Source of the DNA: Curvularia clavata
Taxonomy: Eukaryota
Assembly (NCBI GenBank): GCA_023920165.1
Contig: CP089280.1
Location: 1,674,001-1,738,000, forward strand
DNA: 64,000 bases
Direction of reading: 5' to 3'
Shown: one piece after another, positions 50,137-63,485 of the stretch
Layout: each line of letters starts with the position of its first letter
How positions within the stretch are numbered: position 1 is the stretch's first letter
The notes under the pieces: generated by a model
Told to the model about the DNA's origin: nothing
The model's database searches: none
The model's input: only the letters and a program-made list of their open reading frames with translations
Position numbers and translations under genes: made by a program

Positions 50137-51584
50137 GACAATGACGAGAGGATGGTCAAGGACGGGCTTGGCTGACTACGGGGTTGGGCAGAACATCAAA
50201 GAAGGGGAGTCGAGATTGCGCTGGTGTGCAGGTGGGCGGATACGGGGTTCAGGGAGCGTGCACGCTGCGAACAGCTCTCCCCCATGTGCATGGGTGGAGG
50301 ATGTATGTACAAGTAGACAAGCAAGCAAGCAAGCAACGAGGGCGTAGAGCAGCATCGCGTCTCCAGCGCGCCCCAGGTTTCATCATGACATGGCTCGCCA
50401 TGACGAAAAATACCGCTGGGCTGATGATGCGCTCGACGCCCCCGCAGACAGGCAGGCCGTCGACGCACCAGCACGAATGGGACAAGCCATGACTGTCATC
50501 AATCGGCTGGGAACATATGTCGTAGCACGCATGTGTGCATCATGCCCATGTGCTGGCAGACTGCAGTCGAGAGGAGAAAAAAAATCTCTTGGGCGCAGGT
50601 GCATCGTGGGCGGGAAGCGCGCCACTGGTGGCGCCAGGGCGACAGGGCGACAGGGCGACAGGAGGCTGTCAGCAACGGCCTTGGGAGAGGGCGAAGACGA
50701 GAAGATATGATATGATCTGTCAAAGGCGGATTTGCAAGCGGCGTGTGTAGTAAGCTGCGACGGCTCTTGTTCGCAATAGATTCGACGACCGGCGGGCGGG
50801 CGTCGCGCATAAAATTAGCGGTTCGAGGCTGCCCTTCTCGGCCGGCGGCGTACTGTAATAATGGCTGACTACCGACTAGTCGCTGGCTCCACGGCCCATG
50901 ACCTCCCCATCCCGAACGCCTCCCATTCATCGCCGCCAGCCTCAGCCAGCATCCCATAGTAGCGCAGCCTTACCACGATCCATATACCAAATACTACTAC
51001 TACTACCACCACCACCAGAGCCTGTCGCATCACCCCACACGCCCACCCCGAGCGAGCGTGAGAGAGAGGGCGCCTGCCTCGACCCACGCTCCCAAGCCGG
51101 CGGCAGTGAAGGCCATCTCACATCCCGGCACCCCTAACACCAGCAAACACGCCTCATCTCCCGCCCGAGCAGCACAAAGACTCCTTTTCTCCCATTGCGC
51201 TGCCCCATCGCCTCTCGACCATCGACGGCCCTCTCGCGTGCATCCTCACCCACTCGCCCACGCCGCTTCTGCTGGGGCCCTGTCCTCTGTGCGAGCACTA
51301 CCACCACAACCACGGCCACGACACCACACGGGCCCCTCGATAGCCCGCCCGCCATTCATCGCCTGCAGCAACCGCACAACAACCTCTCCAGCCTCTCCAA
51401 CAACATCGACACCCAGCCTGAGACGAGCAGCGACCGGCGGCCTCGTCTTTCCCCCCCAGCTGCGTCGTCTGCCCGTCGCCTGCCTGCCGCCCACCACATG
51501 CGACACTAGTCCTGCAGCCCTCGACCACCCAGCTTCTCTCTCCACCTGCTCCACCCACCTGCACCACGCTGCACACCACCAACC

Positions 51585-53417
51585 ATGCGCGAAGTCAACT
51601 TCAGCATCCCAAACGCCAACAAGGCGTCCGTCGGCATCACCACCGCCCTCTACGACCGCCGCGCCCTCGACTGCACATCGACCCTCCCGCTCATCAACTC
51701 GCTCAACCACCTCGCCTACCTCACAACCTCGTCCGCCCGCATACGCGACATCCTGACCGTCGATGGCGGCATCGAACGCCTCATATGCATCCTCAAGGAG
51801 GGCCGCAGCAAGGACATGATGGACATGTGGAAGTGGAACCTGGCCTTTCAGTGCATCTTCAACATAGGCGTACGGGGCTCCGAGAACGTCAGGACGCGTG
51901 TTGTCGAGGCTGACATGGTGCCCGTCATCGCTTCCATTCTCGACAACTACATCAAGGTCGTCGACAAGATGCGGGCAAGAGCAGAGGCCGAGATGCACAA
52001 GTCGACGCGTCTGGGAGCATCGAGCCGCCATCACTCGTCACGCACTGGCGAAGCCGCCTCTAGCTCTGCCCACCGAGCCGACCGACCACGCCGTACTGTC
52101 CCTCCTCCCATCGAGATTCCCCGGCCCCTCGAGGCACCCGCCGAAGCCACTCCCGTCCCATCCTTTTCCCTCAGCTCACCACCCGAACGCACCACCTTTG
52201 CCCGTGGTCGGCCAGCTCACCACCATCACCATCGCAGCCACGAAGGCCGGGCACAGCTGTTTGGCGCCCCAGCCAACAACAATAACAACAACACACGCAA
52301 CCTCACTCAGCCCTTGGTCACTGCTCTGCCCTCCATGGACGCAACCAACGATGCATTCGCGCTACGACCTGTGCGGGATGCTGATCGCCTGCCTTCCATG
52401 CTCCCTGCGCTGCAGGGTGAGATGACCTCCCAACCAGAGTCGCCCACGACGCCAAGTGCCCCGCAGGCAAGCCAGACGAGCCCAAGAGCGGGGCTGGCCA
52501 GAACTCGTCGCCGGCCATCCATTCGACATCAACTATCCGTCTCTGGCGAGTCGGATCTCGAAGCACCCCAAGATGACATGTCGGTAGAAGCTACCGCTGC
52601 GGCCAGCCCGGCCGTCAATGAGCCAATCGTAGGCATCCAGAACAACGAAATCAACATGGCCGATATTGTCGCTAACGCAGAGATGCTGGATGCGGGCAAC
52701 ACGCCTGTTCCCATTGCGGCGCCTTCCGAGGGTACTGACGAAAACAACGAGACCTTCAACATTACTCACCGTCCAGCACTTGATGGCAGTATCATCAACC
52801 CAACCAACACACCACCCAACAACCCCATTACCGGCTTCTCTCCCATGCCTCCCACCATCAATGTCGTAAACACCAACCCTCCGCCACCATGGTACCCACG
52901 CTATGCGCAGGAACGCAACGCCTCGGCCAGCGTGCTTGCTGCCATGCCTCGCGATGAGGATGTGCTCATGTCTCTGCAGCTCCTGGCCTACGTGTCAAAA
53001 TACTGCAATCTGCGGTCCTACTTTCAAAAATCTCACTTGGTGCCCAAACTCAAGATTGGCATTGAGCTGCTAGACGGGGAGACGCCTACTCCCAAGGCAG
53101 GCGAAGAGGAGGAAGAGCTGGAAGAATACGAACTCCCTGATGATTTCAACATCTTCCCTCTTGTCGAGCAATTCACTGTCCGCCACCACACATCAGACAT
53201 GCAGTACTGGGCAAGCGTTGTTATGCGCAACCTCTGCCGTAAAGACGACTCCCGTGGTGGCATCCGGCAGTGTGCATACTACCAGTGTGGACGTTGGGAA
53301 GAGTACACACGCCAGTTCGCCAAGTGTCGTCGCTGCCGACGGACAAAGTACTGCAGCAAAGAGTGCCAGAAGAGCGCATGGGTCTTCCACCGCCACTGGT
53401 GCGTTGCTGCTACCTAG
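51585..53417 (+). CDS. samB: MYND zinc-finger protein SamB/Mub1
   Basis: N-terminus MREVNFSIP...ITTALYDRRALDCT; C-terminal MYND finger CAYYQC...CRRCRRTKYCSKECQKSAWVFHRHWC. Confidence 0.93.
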   Translation: MREVNFSIPNANKASVGITTALYDRRALDCTSTLPLINSLNHLAYLTTSSARIRDILTVDGGIERLICILKEGRSKDMMDMWKWNLAFQCIFNIGVRGSENVRTRVVEADMVPVIASILDNYIKVVDKMRARAEAEMHKSTRLGASSRHHSSRTGEAASSSAHRADRPRRTVPPPIEIPRPLEAPAEATPVPSFSLSSPPERTTFARGRPAHHHHHRSHEGRAQLFGAPANNNNNNTRNLTQPLVTALPSMDATNDAFALRPVRDADRLPSMLPALQGEMTSQPESPTTPSAPQASQTSPRAGLARTRRRPSIRHQLSVSGESDLEAPQDDMSVEATAAASPAVNEPIVGIQNNEINMADIVANAEMLDAGNTPVPIAAPSEGTDENNETFNITHRPALDGSIINPTNTPPNNPITGFSPMPPTINVVNTNPPPPWYPRYAQERNASASVLAAMPRDEDVLMSLQLLAYVSKYCNLRSYFQKSHLVPKLKIGIELLDGETPTPKAGEEEEELEEYELPDDFNIFPLVEQFTVRHHTSDMQYWASVVMRNLCRKDDSRGGIRQCAYYQCGRWEEYTRQFAKCRRCRRTKYCSKECQKSAWVFHRHWCVAAT

Positions 53418-53460
53418 GATGTCCGGATCATCCTTTTTTTTTTCTTCTGTTTTTCCAATT

Positions 53461-53503
53461 CATCCTCATCATCATCATCATTATCATTATCATCATCATC
53501 ATT
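53461..53503. repeat. Imperfect (CAT/TAT)n microsatellite in the samB 3' region
   Basis: catcctcatcatcatcatcattatcattatcatcatcatcatt. Confidence 0.85.
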
Positions 53504-55855
53504 GTCAGTTAGATCCTTCATCATCTTTCTGACTGCATATCGCAAGGCGCTGGACAAATGCTTTTTTTTCTTCTGCCTCGATGTTTTCCTGTCTTCCTAC
53601 CTTGGTCATAATCTCTTTTTTTTTCTCTCTCAAAGGTGCTATAATTAATGAGCGATACGACTACTGGATACCACATTCAACAAACATCAAAGTTTTACAT
53701 ACTAGTATTACCCACCACCTCCAAATCCTACCACCACTACCTACTTCTGCAAAAAAAAATGCTTCGTCTCTGGTACCAAATTGAGGGGAAAGAAAAATGG
53801 GCGTGGTGCTGAAAGACGTGTGAAGCGAAGCCTGCAAAGGCCAATGAATCAATCAATCAATCAATCAAGAACAAATGAGAGTGAGAATGAGAGTGAGAGA
53901 GGGAGCAAGAGATTGTGTGTGTGCGGAACAAACTTACTATACCATTGTCTCCATTTTTTTTTTTTGAGGAAAGCGAAGCATTAGTAGCATTTTGGTTTGG
54001 AAAAAACTTCCGGGCGTGAAAAGGACTGTCCTCTTTTTGTTTTTTGTTTTGTATTTTCTTTAGGGGTTCTTTCGGAAGTAGTTCAGTGTGTAAGAAGAAG
54101 AATTCAAATACATACCATGTTAAAGTACAGATATACCCCATCTTCCTAGTGTACAAAAAGGCGTAGCACTGAGGACGATCATAAAGTCCTCTGTTGGTTC
54201 TCGATACCGCTACTGCCGACACTACTACCACTTGATCTATGGTCGTAAAATGGTTTCTGGCATCGTGGGAGGGCTAATAGTTGGTTTCTGGGAATACCTG
54301 CATAGCCCTGAGATGGTTGTTGCCTGTGGATACTGTCGGCCTCACGGTGATGGATACGAGGAGCATAGGCGTGCTATTGCGGGCTGCTGGGCTAGTTGAG
54401 AAGGAGATGTGATGGATGGGAAGATGTAGAGTTCGAGTATGGGAGTTATACAGAGGGAGCGTGAGTATTAGATTATGCAGAAAGATTCAATCCAGTGCCA
54501 TATGGCGAGTTTTACGCTTGTTAACTCCTTGGACACGTCTTTGGGAGTGTTTGAGCTGCGAGCGTAGGACTTCTTTTTTTTTTCTGAACGGTCTTGGGAA
54601 GAAATGGAAATCAGTAAGTGCTTTATAACCCATATGTAAGCTGTGAGCCAAGTATTCATTCACACGGTTCACCCTCGAGATTGCATACCGCAGTCTGGTC
54701 TTCATCTGGGGTTAATTTCCCAACACTCTTGTCGGTCACTTATGCAGAGCGTGGACAGTACGGGCTTGGACCGAGCGGTACTTTGCATGCTCGCATTCCA
54801 GTCATCACTTTTGCTCTTTGAACATCATCTGACGCATGAAGCGGCAATTCTTTCGCCGTAGTCATGCCATGCAAGCCTCGTCTGTTTAGTTCATTCATCT
54901 CGACAGCAACATCTACCATACGGCCGGTATGGACGCATGTAGCAACTTATGCACAACTCGTGACCTAGTCTCGTTTTCACTGAATGGATCAACCATTCCC
55001 TCTGCCGCCTTTTGAGGGAAGTTCAGCGACTGAGGAACACGGATACCAAGGCCGAGAATTGCAACGACGAGATAACAAAAGGCATGATTCAGTCACTGTA
55101 CATATCTGCCCGAGTACGAGGACGCTGAACAAAGCTCAGACTTCCGACCACCTGCCGCGCTAGCCACGTCGACTGGAAACTTGTGTGCTTTGACTTCAAG
55201 CTAGGTTATATCTAAAAAAAGCACAGTTATGACGATAGGCAAGTAGAGCGTTGACGTTATACATTGTATGTGGAGATGAATAAATTTCCCAATTAACAAT
55301 ACCCATCCATCATGAGTAAAAAAAAGTAAAACCAGTATATAGCATCCCAAATAATCGTTTGTCATGACAGACACAGCCTTTCTAAATCGTACCCTTTGAT
55401 CTAAAACCCCCCATCCTTTCAACGCCGGGACATGCTAATATACAAAGAGCATCTATCTCTATCTCTAGAGTAAAAGATGGTCTTTTTCAGATGCTGGATA
55501 TAAGACGGATATGTAGCAACGCTGGATAAATACAAAAGAAAACAGTCATGCAAAGAATATTCGTGAGGCGGATGTACATGGCTCTGAAAAGGGCCCAAGC
55601 GTCGACTCGGTCTGTGTGAGACGCTAGAGGAGACGCAAGTGGCGCAGCGGAGACTAGAATGCCCGAGGCGAGTGTGTATGTAGGTGCTGAAACCTGCCCA
55701 GGGCCCAGCCCTAAAAATGGCCAGTGGGCAAGAATAGAGCCGACATGATACCGACTCAACGGTGAGTGCGCAGGACCACGGGCCAAGATGGCGTCATGGT
55801 CGACGCTGGGGAAGTGGGCGCTTCAATACAGCAATTTCTGTAGTAGATGGGCTCT

Positions 55856-56811
55856 TCAGAGGATGCGATGTCTAGGTTACCAGTCAGCTGGGTGTCGATG
55901 ATACGGGCACGGAACGAACTTACTGCCTCATGACTGTTTCAAGGCTGACAGCACTGAGTTCGCAGTCGTCGGGAAACTGGTCAACGAGGGCGAGGATGTC
56001 GGCAAACTTCTCGCCGCCCCTGTAGGCAAGAATGGCAGGCACACCGGCATCCTCAATCTCGGCATCGGCGTTGTCCATCTTGACGAAGCGGACAGTGTCG
56101 TTGCGCTTTGCTACTTCACGCATGGTCATCTCAAACAGCTTGGAGACTTGGGCTCTTGGCTAAAGACATGTTAGCAATGGATCAGAGTCGTAATGACTGA
56201 AGGTGTGTGTGTGTGCTTACGTCGGTGTTGTAGATGAAGACAACAACGGTAGTGCCGGAGGCTGTCTTGTCAACAGCATCGAGGTATCCCTCGCCATCAA
56301 CCAGAGGCATTGTGCCGTAGAGACGACGGCTAGGGCTATTTGTCCTCGACCGCATCTTCTCACCGACATTCTGAAGCTCCTTGAGCCTGGCCTCACGCCA
56401 TTGGCGCATGAAGCCCTCGTCGGCATCATCGTCACTCGAGGCCTTGTCGTCGTGGTAGGCCGAGACGGAGTAGGAAGCCGGGGGCGAGTTCTTCTTCCAG
56501 GTGAAGCGCCTGGCCTGCTTCTTGGCCTGCTCAAAGGCCTGGGCATCGGCAATGACGCCCTTGGGGCCCGTGTTGGCCTCTGAGCGGCGGTTGGGCATGT
56601 AGTAGTTTGCGCGCATGTCTGCGGGGATGTCGAGCTCGTCGTCGGTGTCAATCTTCTCGAGGTAGTCGGCGGCAGCACCGGGGGATTCTGGCTCAGAGAC
56701 GTCGCTGTCGTTGTCGCGGTCTTCGGGGTGTCTGGTGTCGATGTCCTTGTCACGGAAGAGCTCGTTGAATTCGTCTTGAGCGGCGGACGAGGTGGAGGAG
56801 AGGTTGTTCAT
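55856..56811 (-). CDS. phnA: Phosducin-like protein (PhLP1/PhnA/BDM-1 type)
   Basis: NTGPKGVIADA G-beta-binding motif, FMRQWREARLKEL, and a thioredoxin-like C-terminal domain (VRFVKM...GVPAILAYRGGEKFA). Three exons ending QHRIL*. Confidence 0.9.
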
Positions 56812-58943
56812 GTCGAAAAAAAAAGAAGAAGAAGAGCGGAGACGGGTGGGACTGGAAGATTATATGTGTGAGGGTGTCGGGTGACGCGTTGGTGGTCAAA
56901 AAGGAAGGGGTACGTGTGCAAGGTTGCTGGAAGGTCTGTTTGGGGGTGTCTGGGATGGAGGGCAGGCGGATGACAGGGCTTGGCGGGGCTATTTTGGAAG
57001 CCGAGCGCGGGTTTCAGGGCGGTGATTGGGCGGCGGTGCAGCAAAAGTGCCGGGGCCTGGCTTCGTCGAGAGGACAGGTTAGGGCTGCTAGGGCTGATTG
57101 TTGACCGGCCAGGCACGCAGCGACTCCGCACTCGAGCGTGGTAGGGCGGCGGGCGCGCAAAGCGTCTGCATTTCTCGAAACGGCCCTCGAGGTGCGAAAC
57201 GTGCGCTGCTGCTTACTCGCCCAATTAGCTCGCTGCTGCCACCGCCCCGTGGCTCCAGGCATGCGCAGCGTGTCCAGGGCTGAAACACGTCCTGCTACTC
57301 GTCTGCTGGCGCCTTGTTTCCATCTCGACAGTCGTCGCTCGACTCTCCGCCCACAGCGACGTCACTTGGCTGCCCTGGTTCGCTCCTCATGCCCGTTTCA
57401 GCTGCACAGCGACGCCCGGCACATGCAGTCATAGGGTTTGGCTTGTGTAGGAGCGCGTGCGGACAACGGCCGCTCTCAACGATGGATACATGTTGTCGTC
57501 TCTGCTGCATGTGCTGCACCCCTGGTGTGATGGGCGGCGGTGGGGCCGCCCCAGTTATGCGCGCCTTCGGCTGTCCTTCTAGAAGCATCAATCTGCCACG
57601 ACTTGTTTATTCTCCGTCTGCTCCTCGTGTGGCTGCGCTGTCAATGCCTCAGGCGGCCGTTAATGCTTTGCAGCTGACATGGCCTCTTTGCTTGGATCCA
57701 TCATTTCCCACCTGCAGCTGTCGCATTGCTGTCGCCGGTGCAGACGCTGCCAGATGCCACTTGGCCTCTGCATAACATGAATGCCGCATGCCGGCCACTC
57801 TCCTTTTTCCTTCAACGCTTACTTGGTGCGAGCCAAACTCTGTCGAGCCAAGCCGAGGATGCTCATGCAGTCCAAAGACCCTGGACCTGTTCCACCCCTT
57901 ACCGACATCATGGCCATGGCGGTGTGGTACTCGGCTGCTCACTTTCCGGGGTTAACCCAGTTCCGCCCCTCCCGTGACTCCCACAGCACCATGAACGGCT
58001 CATCTTGCATCTCACCACATCTCAGGCACGGACTGTCATCTCGCATCCTCCTCAATGCCTCGGCCCTGGCCCCCCCCCTTCACAAAAGACTCAGCACTGC
58101 CACGGCCACGACAAGGTCCAATCAGCGTAAAAAAGAGGTACATGGAAACTCGCTAACTACCTAAGCTCGAGCACCGCCATTTCGTCTTCGCTCAACCCAG
58201 TCAAATCGTACACATTGAAAATCCATGCACCAGGCAGCCATGATACATCCCATCACTCCCCCATGAATGGAAATTACAAAGCCATTCCACGCACCCAATG
58301 TCCCAAACACACGCTCCTAAAGTCTCCCCCTTCCCTCTTGCACACGCACCTTTCCCCCCATCTTCCCCTTGTCCACCTACACCAACCCCACCAAAGTGCA
58401 AGAACAACCAGCCGCTTTTTAGACGTCAGGTAGAACGCAATGAGAATACAATGTCCGCCCTCTCAACTAAAGATAGACACCGTCTTGCTCGTGTGCGCTC
58501 ACCAGCCAGCAAAGACATGAAGACCCAAGTGCGACATGAATGCTCGCCTTGTCCAACAATGCCCGCCACACCACTGGCATGACGAGCGAGAATAAAAGAA
58601 AATAAGAAAAAGGACAAGCCAAGACAAGAAGAAGAGTAGAAAAGAAGAAAGAAAGAAAAAGGGTAAAGAAGCTCAAGCACAAAAGAAAAGGTTTCCGGGC
58701 GCCTAAACACCGCGTGGCTCGACCGCCGCGTCGATGTGGTTTTCAAGGGTTGGTGTGTATTATATTCTTGTAAGTAGAGTAGCTCGCAAAAGACTCCTGG
58801 AAAGTAAGATGCAAAAAGGGGGTATGGTATGCCAGGGCTTGCAGTCGTCGATTGTACTTTGCCAATATTAAGAGTAGGCGCACACGTTCGCTTTGGCTTC
58901 GTTACATGGCGTCGTGGGTATTCGGTCGTCGGGTGGGGTGCGC

Positions 58944-60231
58944 TTAGGCCCAGATGCGCAGCTGTGCGACAGTTAGCCCTTGTCCATGGCCACGGGTATA
59001 CTACAAGACTTACCATTGAATCCCATGAACCAGTGCAGAGACTGAGCGCATCGTTACTGACACCCAGACAGCTGACTCGGTTATCGTGACCTTGCAGCGT
59101 GCCGACACGTTCACCACGCAATACGTCCCAGACCTGAAAAGCCATTAGCACATGCATTTCAAAGACAAGTCGAAGATGATGCTGACCTTGCACTCAAAGT
59201 CGTCGTAGCCAGCAAACAGAAGACGACCGGAAACGGAAAAGGCCACAGACGTGATGCCGCAGACGGGCTCGGGAATCTGCCAAGGGCACATTAGTAATCA
59301 AATACAAAAAACACTTTACATGTACTCTAGACGCATACCTGGTAGGAGGCCAGCTCGCGGTCGGCACGAATGTCAAACAGGCGGCACGAGGCATCGTCGG
59401 AGCCGGTACCGAATGCGTTTCCGTTGGGGAAGAACTGGATGGCGTTGATGTCCGAGTCGTGGGCGGCAAAAGTCTGCACGCACTTTTGCTGGCGGATATC
59501 CCACAGCTTGGCAAAGGCATCGCACGCGCCAGACACAAACTGGTTGTGGTCGAGCGGGTTGATGCTCAAACTCATGACGTCTCCGAGATGGTCGGCGAAC
59601 TCGTGGACCTTGGAGCCCGTCTCGAGATCCCACAGCACGCACGTCATGTCACCCGACGATGTGAGGATGCGCTTGTCGCTGATGAATCGGCAGCAACTCA
59701 GGTAGCCAGAGTGGCCAGACAGTTCGCGGGCGACGCGTGTAGGGCCCTCCCTTGCGGACAGGTTGTAGATGGAGCAGATGTTGTCAAGACCACCGCAGGC
59801 GACATAGTTGCCAGAGGGTGAGTAGGCGCACGTCATGACCCACGAGGAGCGGAGGGGGATGGCGTGGACCTTGTTTGTCGTGTAGGCGTCCCAGATGATG
59901 AGCTTGCCGTCCTGCGAGGCCGAGACGAGATGGCGGCGGTCCGTCGACCAGTGCATGGCGTAGATCTTGGCGAGATGGCCCTTGAGGGTGCGCTTCGTCT
60001 TCATGGTGAGGCGCGGCAGGGCCTCGACACGGTCTCTGGCGACATCGCGAACTGTAGTGGTGCCGTGTTAGCAGGGGGACATGCAGAGGGGACGGTGTTT
60101 TGACGGGGGCACGTACGGGTGGTATCAGCGAGCTCATCCTTCTTGCGCTTTATCCGGTCCTTGAGCGCCTCGGCGTCGCGACGGGCGAGCTGGATCTTCT
60201 GCTGTATAGTTTCTTGGTTCATGTCGGCCAT
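58944..60231 (-). CDS. sfaD: Heterotrimeric G-protein beta subunit
   Basis: [24 protein letters not shown] coiled coil; WD40 repeats [39 protein letters not shown]...GSWDSMLRIWA*. Five exons with canonical splice sites. Confidence 0.97.
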
Positions 60232-61047
60232 GTGGACGGAGGGTGGTGACGGGTCAGGTTCAGATGGCTGGAGGCGCGAAATGGCGAGACGGGCGGATCC
60301 AGGGGCGTGCGAAGAAGCACTGTGGAGCCGGACGGGAGAGGCGGCACCTGAGAAAGCGATGGACAAGCGTCAGCAGCAGCAGCAGCAAAAGAGAGTGAGG
60401 CGCGCAGAGCGAAGTCAATTGCTGGCGCGGAGGTTCGGCGGCTGGCAGAGAGGCAGACGGTCGTGGGGGTGCGTGAGGATGGGAAGGGATGCGAGGGCTT
60501 TGGAGATGGGCGAGGTTACAGAGCGGCCCGGGGGTGAGCTCAAGCTTGGCCTAGCCGAGAACGCCAGCCAGCGCTGAAGATCAGAGGCCGTTCGTCGCGG
60601 TCGGCTGCAGACCAGGGTGTGCGTGTGTGTGTGCGCCGCACGGCAGTATTGCGGACGAACGACGCGGTTGAACTGAGGGCCTTTTTTTTTTGCTTGCGCA
60701 ATGAGAAGACAGAGCACGCGTGTATGTGTAGAAAGTCTTGCGTCTGCGTGAGGGCGTGGGAATGGGAGCGGCCCTTTTCAGCGTCGTCGTCTCCTATGCG
60801 CTGCGCACACTTGACCAACAAGGCGCGCCTGCTGCAATCTCCTGCAGCGCGCCTCCTCTTTTGGGCCTGCCGACGGGCGCGCAGCCAATCAGGTGCGAGC
60901 TGCCTGTTTTGGCTCTCCGACGCCTGGCCTCCGTCTGGCCTCCGTCTGGCCTCCGCCGCCGCGCCCAAGAGCGGCCATTGAATATTGATTCCATGCTTCG
61001 CTTCGAGAAACTCTGGAAGCGCCACCGAACTCCCTCTCGCTCTTCTC

Positions 61048-62421
61048 ATGCCCGCCCGCCACCCCGTCGATCTCGCCTTTGCCAGGCGCCTGCCCAAGAT
61101 TGAGGTGGGTGCAGTGCTCTTTCCTTCTCGTCTACTGCATGCACTCGTTCGCTCCTTCCACTTGCCCCCCCTGGCCCACCGCCCAGCCCGCCCACTCCCA
61201 CTCCCATCCCTAGGCTCCGCTTCCCAGCGCCACTAACGCCACGACTCAGCTTCATGCTCATCTTACCGGCAGCATCAGCCGTCAGTGTCTGCACGACATC
61301 TGGACAAACTGCAAACAACGCCGTCCCGACCTCGACCTGCAAGATCCTCTAGTCGCCATCCCTCCCGGCAAGGTCGACTATGACATCAAAACGTAAGCCT
61401 CGGTCCCGTCCGCTGCACGCTCGTCTGACGCTAGCAACCACTCAATCCCAACGCTAGATTCTTCCCCTTGTTTTCGTCATACATCTACCGCCTGTGCAGT
61501 GATTTGCCTAGCATCGAGTACGTTGTCCACCTCCATGGCCACGCTGCCATAAGGTTTGACTCGAGGCTAGGTACTCCACCAAGACCGTCCTACGTGACTT
61601 CCAGCAAGACGGAGTCGTGTATACGGAGCTCCGCACAACTCCACGAGCCATTCCCGACCAAGGCGTCTCCAAGGATGACTATGTGAAAACTGTGCTAGAC
61701 ATCTTCAGCGCCCACAACGCTGACAGCACAAACACCCTACGTGCCTTTCTCCTCCTCTCCATTGACCGTCGCAACACGGCCGACGAGGCCGAACATGTTG
61801 TCGATCTTGCCATCAAGTACCAGTCGGCAGGGGTCGTGGGCATTGATCTCTGTGGAGACCCGGCCAAAGGCGACGTTCGTATCTTTGGCGACGCCGTTGC
61901 GCGAGCAAAGGCAGCCGGCCTCAAGGTTACACTCCACTTTGCCGAAAGCCCCCCCTCGGCTTCCGACACAGAGCTGCATACGCTGCTTTCGTGGATGCCC
62001 GACAGACTGGGTCACGTAATACACGTCAAGGACGAGTTTCAGGCCATTATCAAACAACGCAACATTGGCGTCGAGCTATGTCTCAGCTGCAACGTCCATG
62101 CCAAGATGATCACGGGCACCTACTCGGATCACCACTTTGGAATGTGGAGACATAGCACGGTTCCCGTCGCCTTGGCCGTATGTTTTGCTCTCTCGTCTGG
62201 TGTGACGCCGGTGGTAACTGATGTGTTTGCAGACTGATAATACTGGCGTCTTTTGCAGTCCGCTGTCAAACGAGTATTACCTCGCAGCGACGCACTTTGA
62301 CCTCGACCGTCGTGAAATCAGAGAGCTATGTGAGCGAGCAGTCGACTCAATCTTCTCTGGCCCAGACGAACAGGCCCGTCTCAAGCATATCTATGCAACC
62401 TGGGACGGATGGGATGCGTGA
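61048..62421 (+). CDS. Adenosine deaminase-like protein (ADAL/N6-methyl-AMP deaminase type), multi-exon
   Basis: Spliced LPKIE-LHAHLTGSIS, YTELRTTPR, VVGIDLCGDP, TLHFAE, DRLGHV, ELCLSCN, ATDNTGVF. Confidence 0.88.
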
Positions 62422-63485
62422 AGACAACGAGTTACCAGTGGCCCGCCTTTCCTAGTAAATGGCCATGCTCTCTTTGGATAGTAGACGTGTTATGAACTGC
62501 ACAACAATAATCCCAAAGTCTTGCTGTAACACCTTGATTGATCTATAAGGACTTACCAGCTCAGCAATGGATCACCATCTATAGTCGTCAGCAATGCGTG
62601 CTGCCCTCTGCGTGCAAATACAACTAGGAGGTCTTCCAATCCTGAAATTTGTCCATCGTATCTCGATAAATAAACGCACCGTAATGCATCTGGCAATTGT
62701 ACTTGACAGCCGCCAGGACTAATGAACAAATGCTGATGCTTGGCAGAGAGGCCGTTAAGCTATCACAACGCCCTGCTCTCCGCAGCAGATCCCGGCCACT
62801 GGGCGACAAAGAAGCGATAGAATTAATGCACGCTGACTACCGCATCCACAAGACTCCACCGTCCTGTGCCATGCGCGGATCGGCCCTCCTCTTCTCTAGC
62901 GCGCCCGTATTCTCGCTTCTCTTTCAGCTACACGTGACTACCTCTAGATTCTGCGCTTGCGCTCAGTGAACCGTCTCCATACTAACCCCTGAGTAGTGTC
63001 GACGGACGTGGTACCAAATCCGCAATCCAGGAACCAAAGATGTACATGACCCATTCGAGTATGGATGTACTACACACAATGATGAAACGCGCAACTCTTT
63101 GCATTAGCTGCTTCCAAACATCGACTTTCTATTTAAAAAACCATTCGCACGGTTTGGCCATACTATAGCGTCACGTTCAAACATGTTTCAAAGGTTCCCA
63201 TGATGACTGACTTGCAGTCATCCCCAAGCCGGGGAAAATCGTAAATATCGCCAGATACTGAGCCCATAACCCACTACAACAGCCTAAACGGCCGATTTTC
63301 GGGCGCACTACCACTAAGCGCGTCAAGAAAAATTTGCCTTGTGCGCCCAGGCCCGAGGTAAGGCCAGGTCGCTTATTCCGATTATCAGATGCAATAAAGT
63401 GTGGCGATTGGTATCATAGCTTCACATCTGATAATCGTAGGTTTTATCAGATTGATAGCGATTAGCTGGTTCACCACTCCCAAAC

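Noticed and set aside
50137..51584. GC-rich ORFs between CorA and samB (e.g. 51058-51756, 51246-52034)
   Set aside because: Pro/Ser/Arg-rich shadow frames of promoter and 5' UTR sequence, or antisense to samB.
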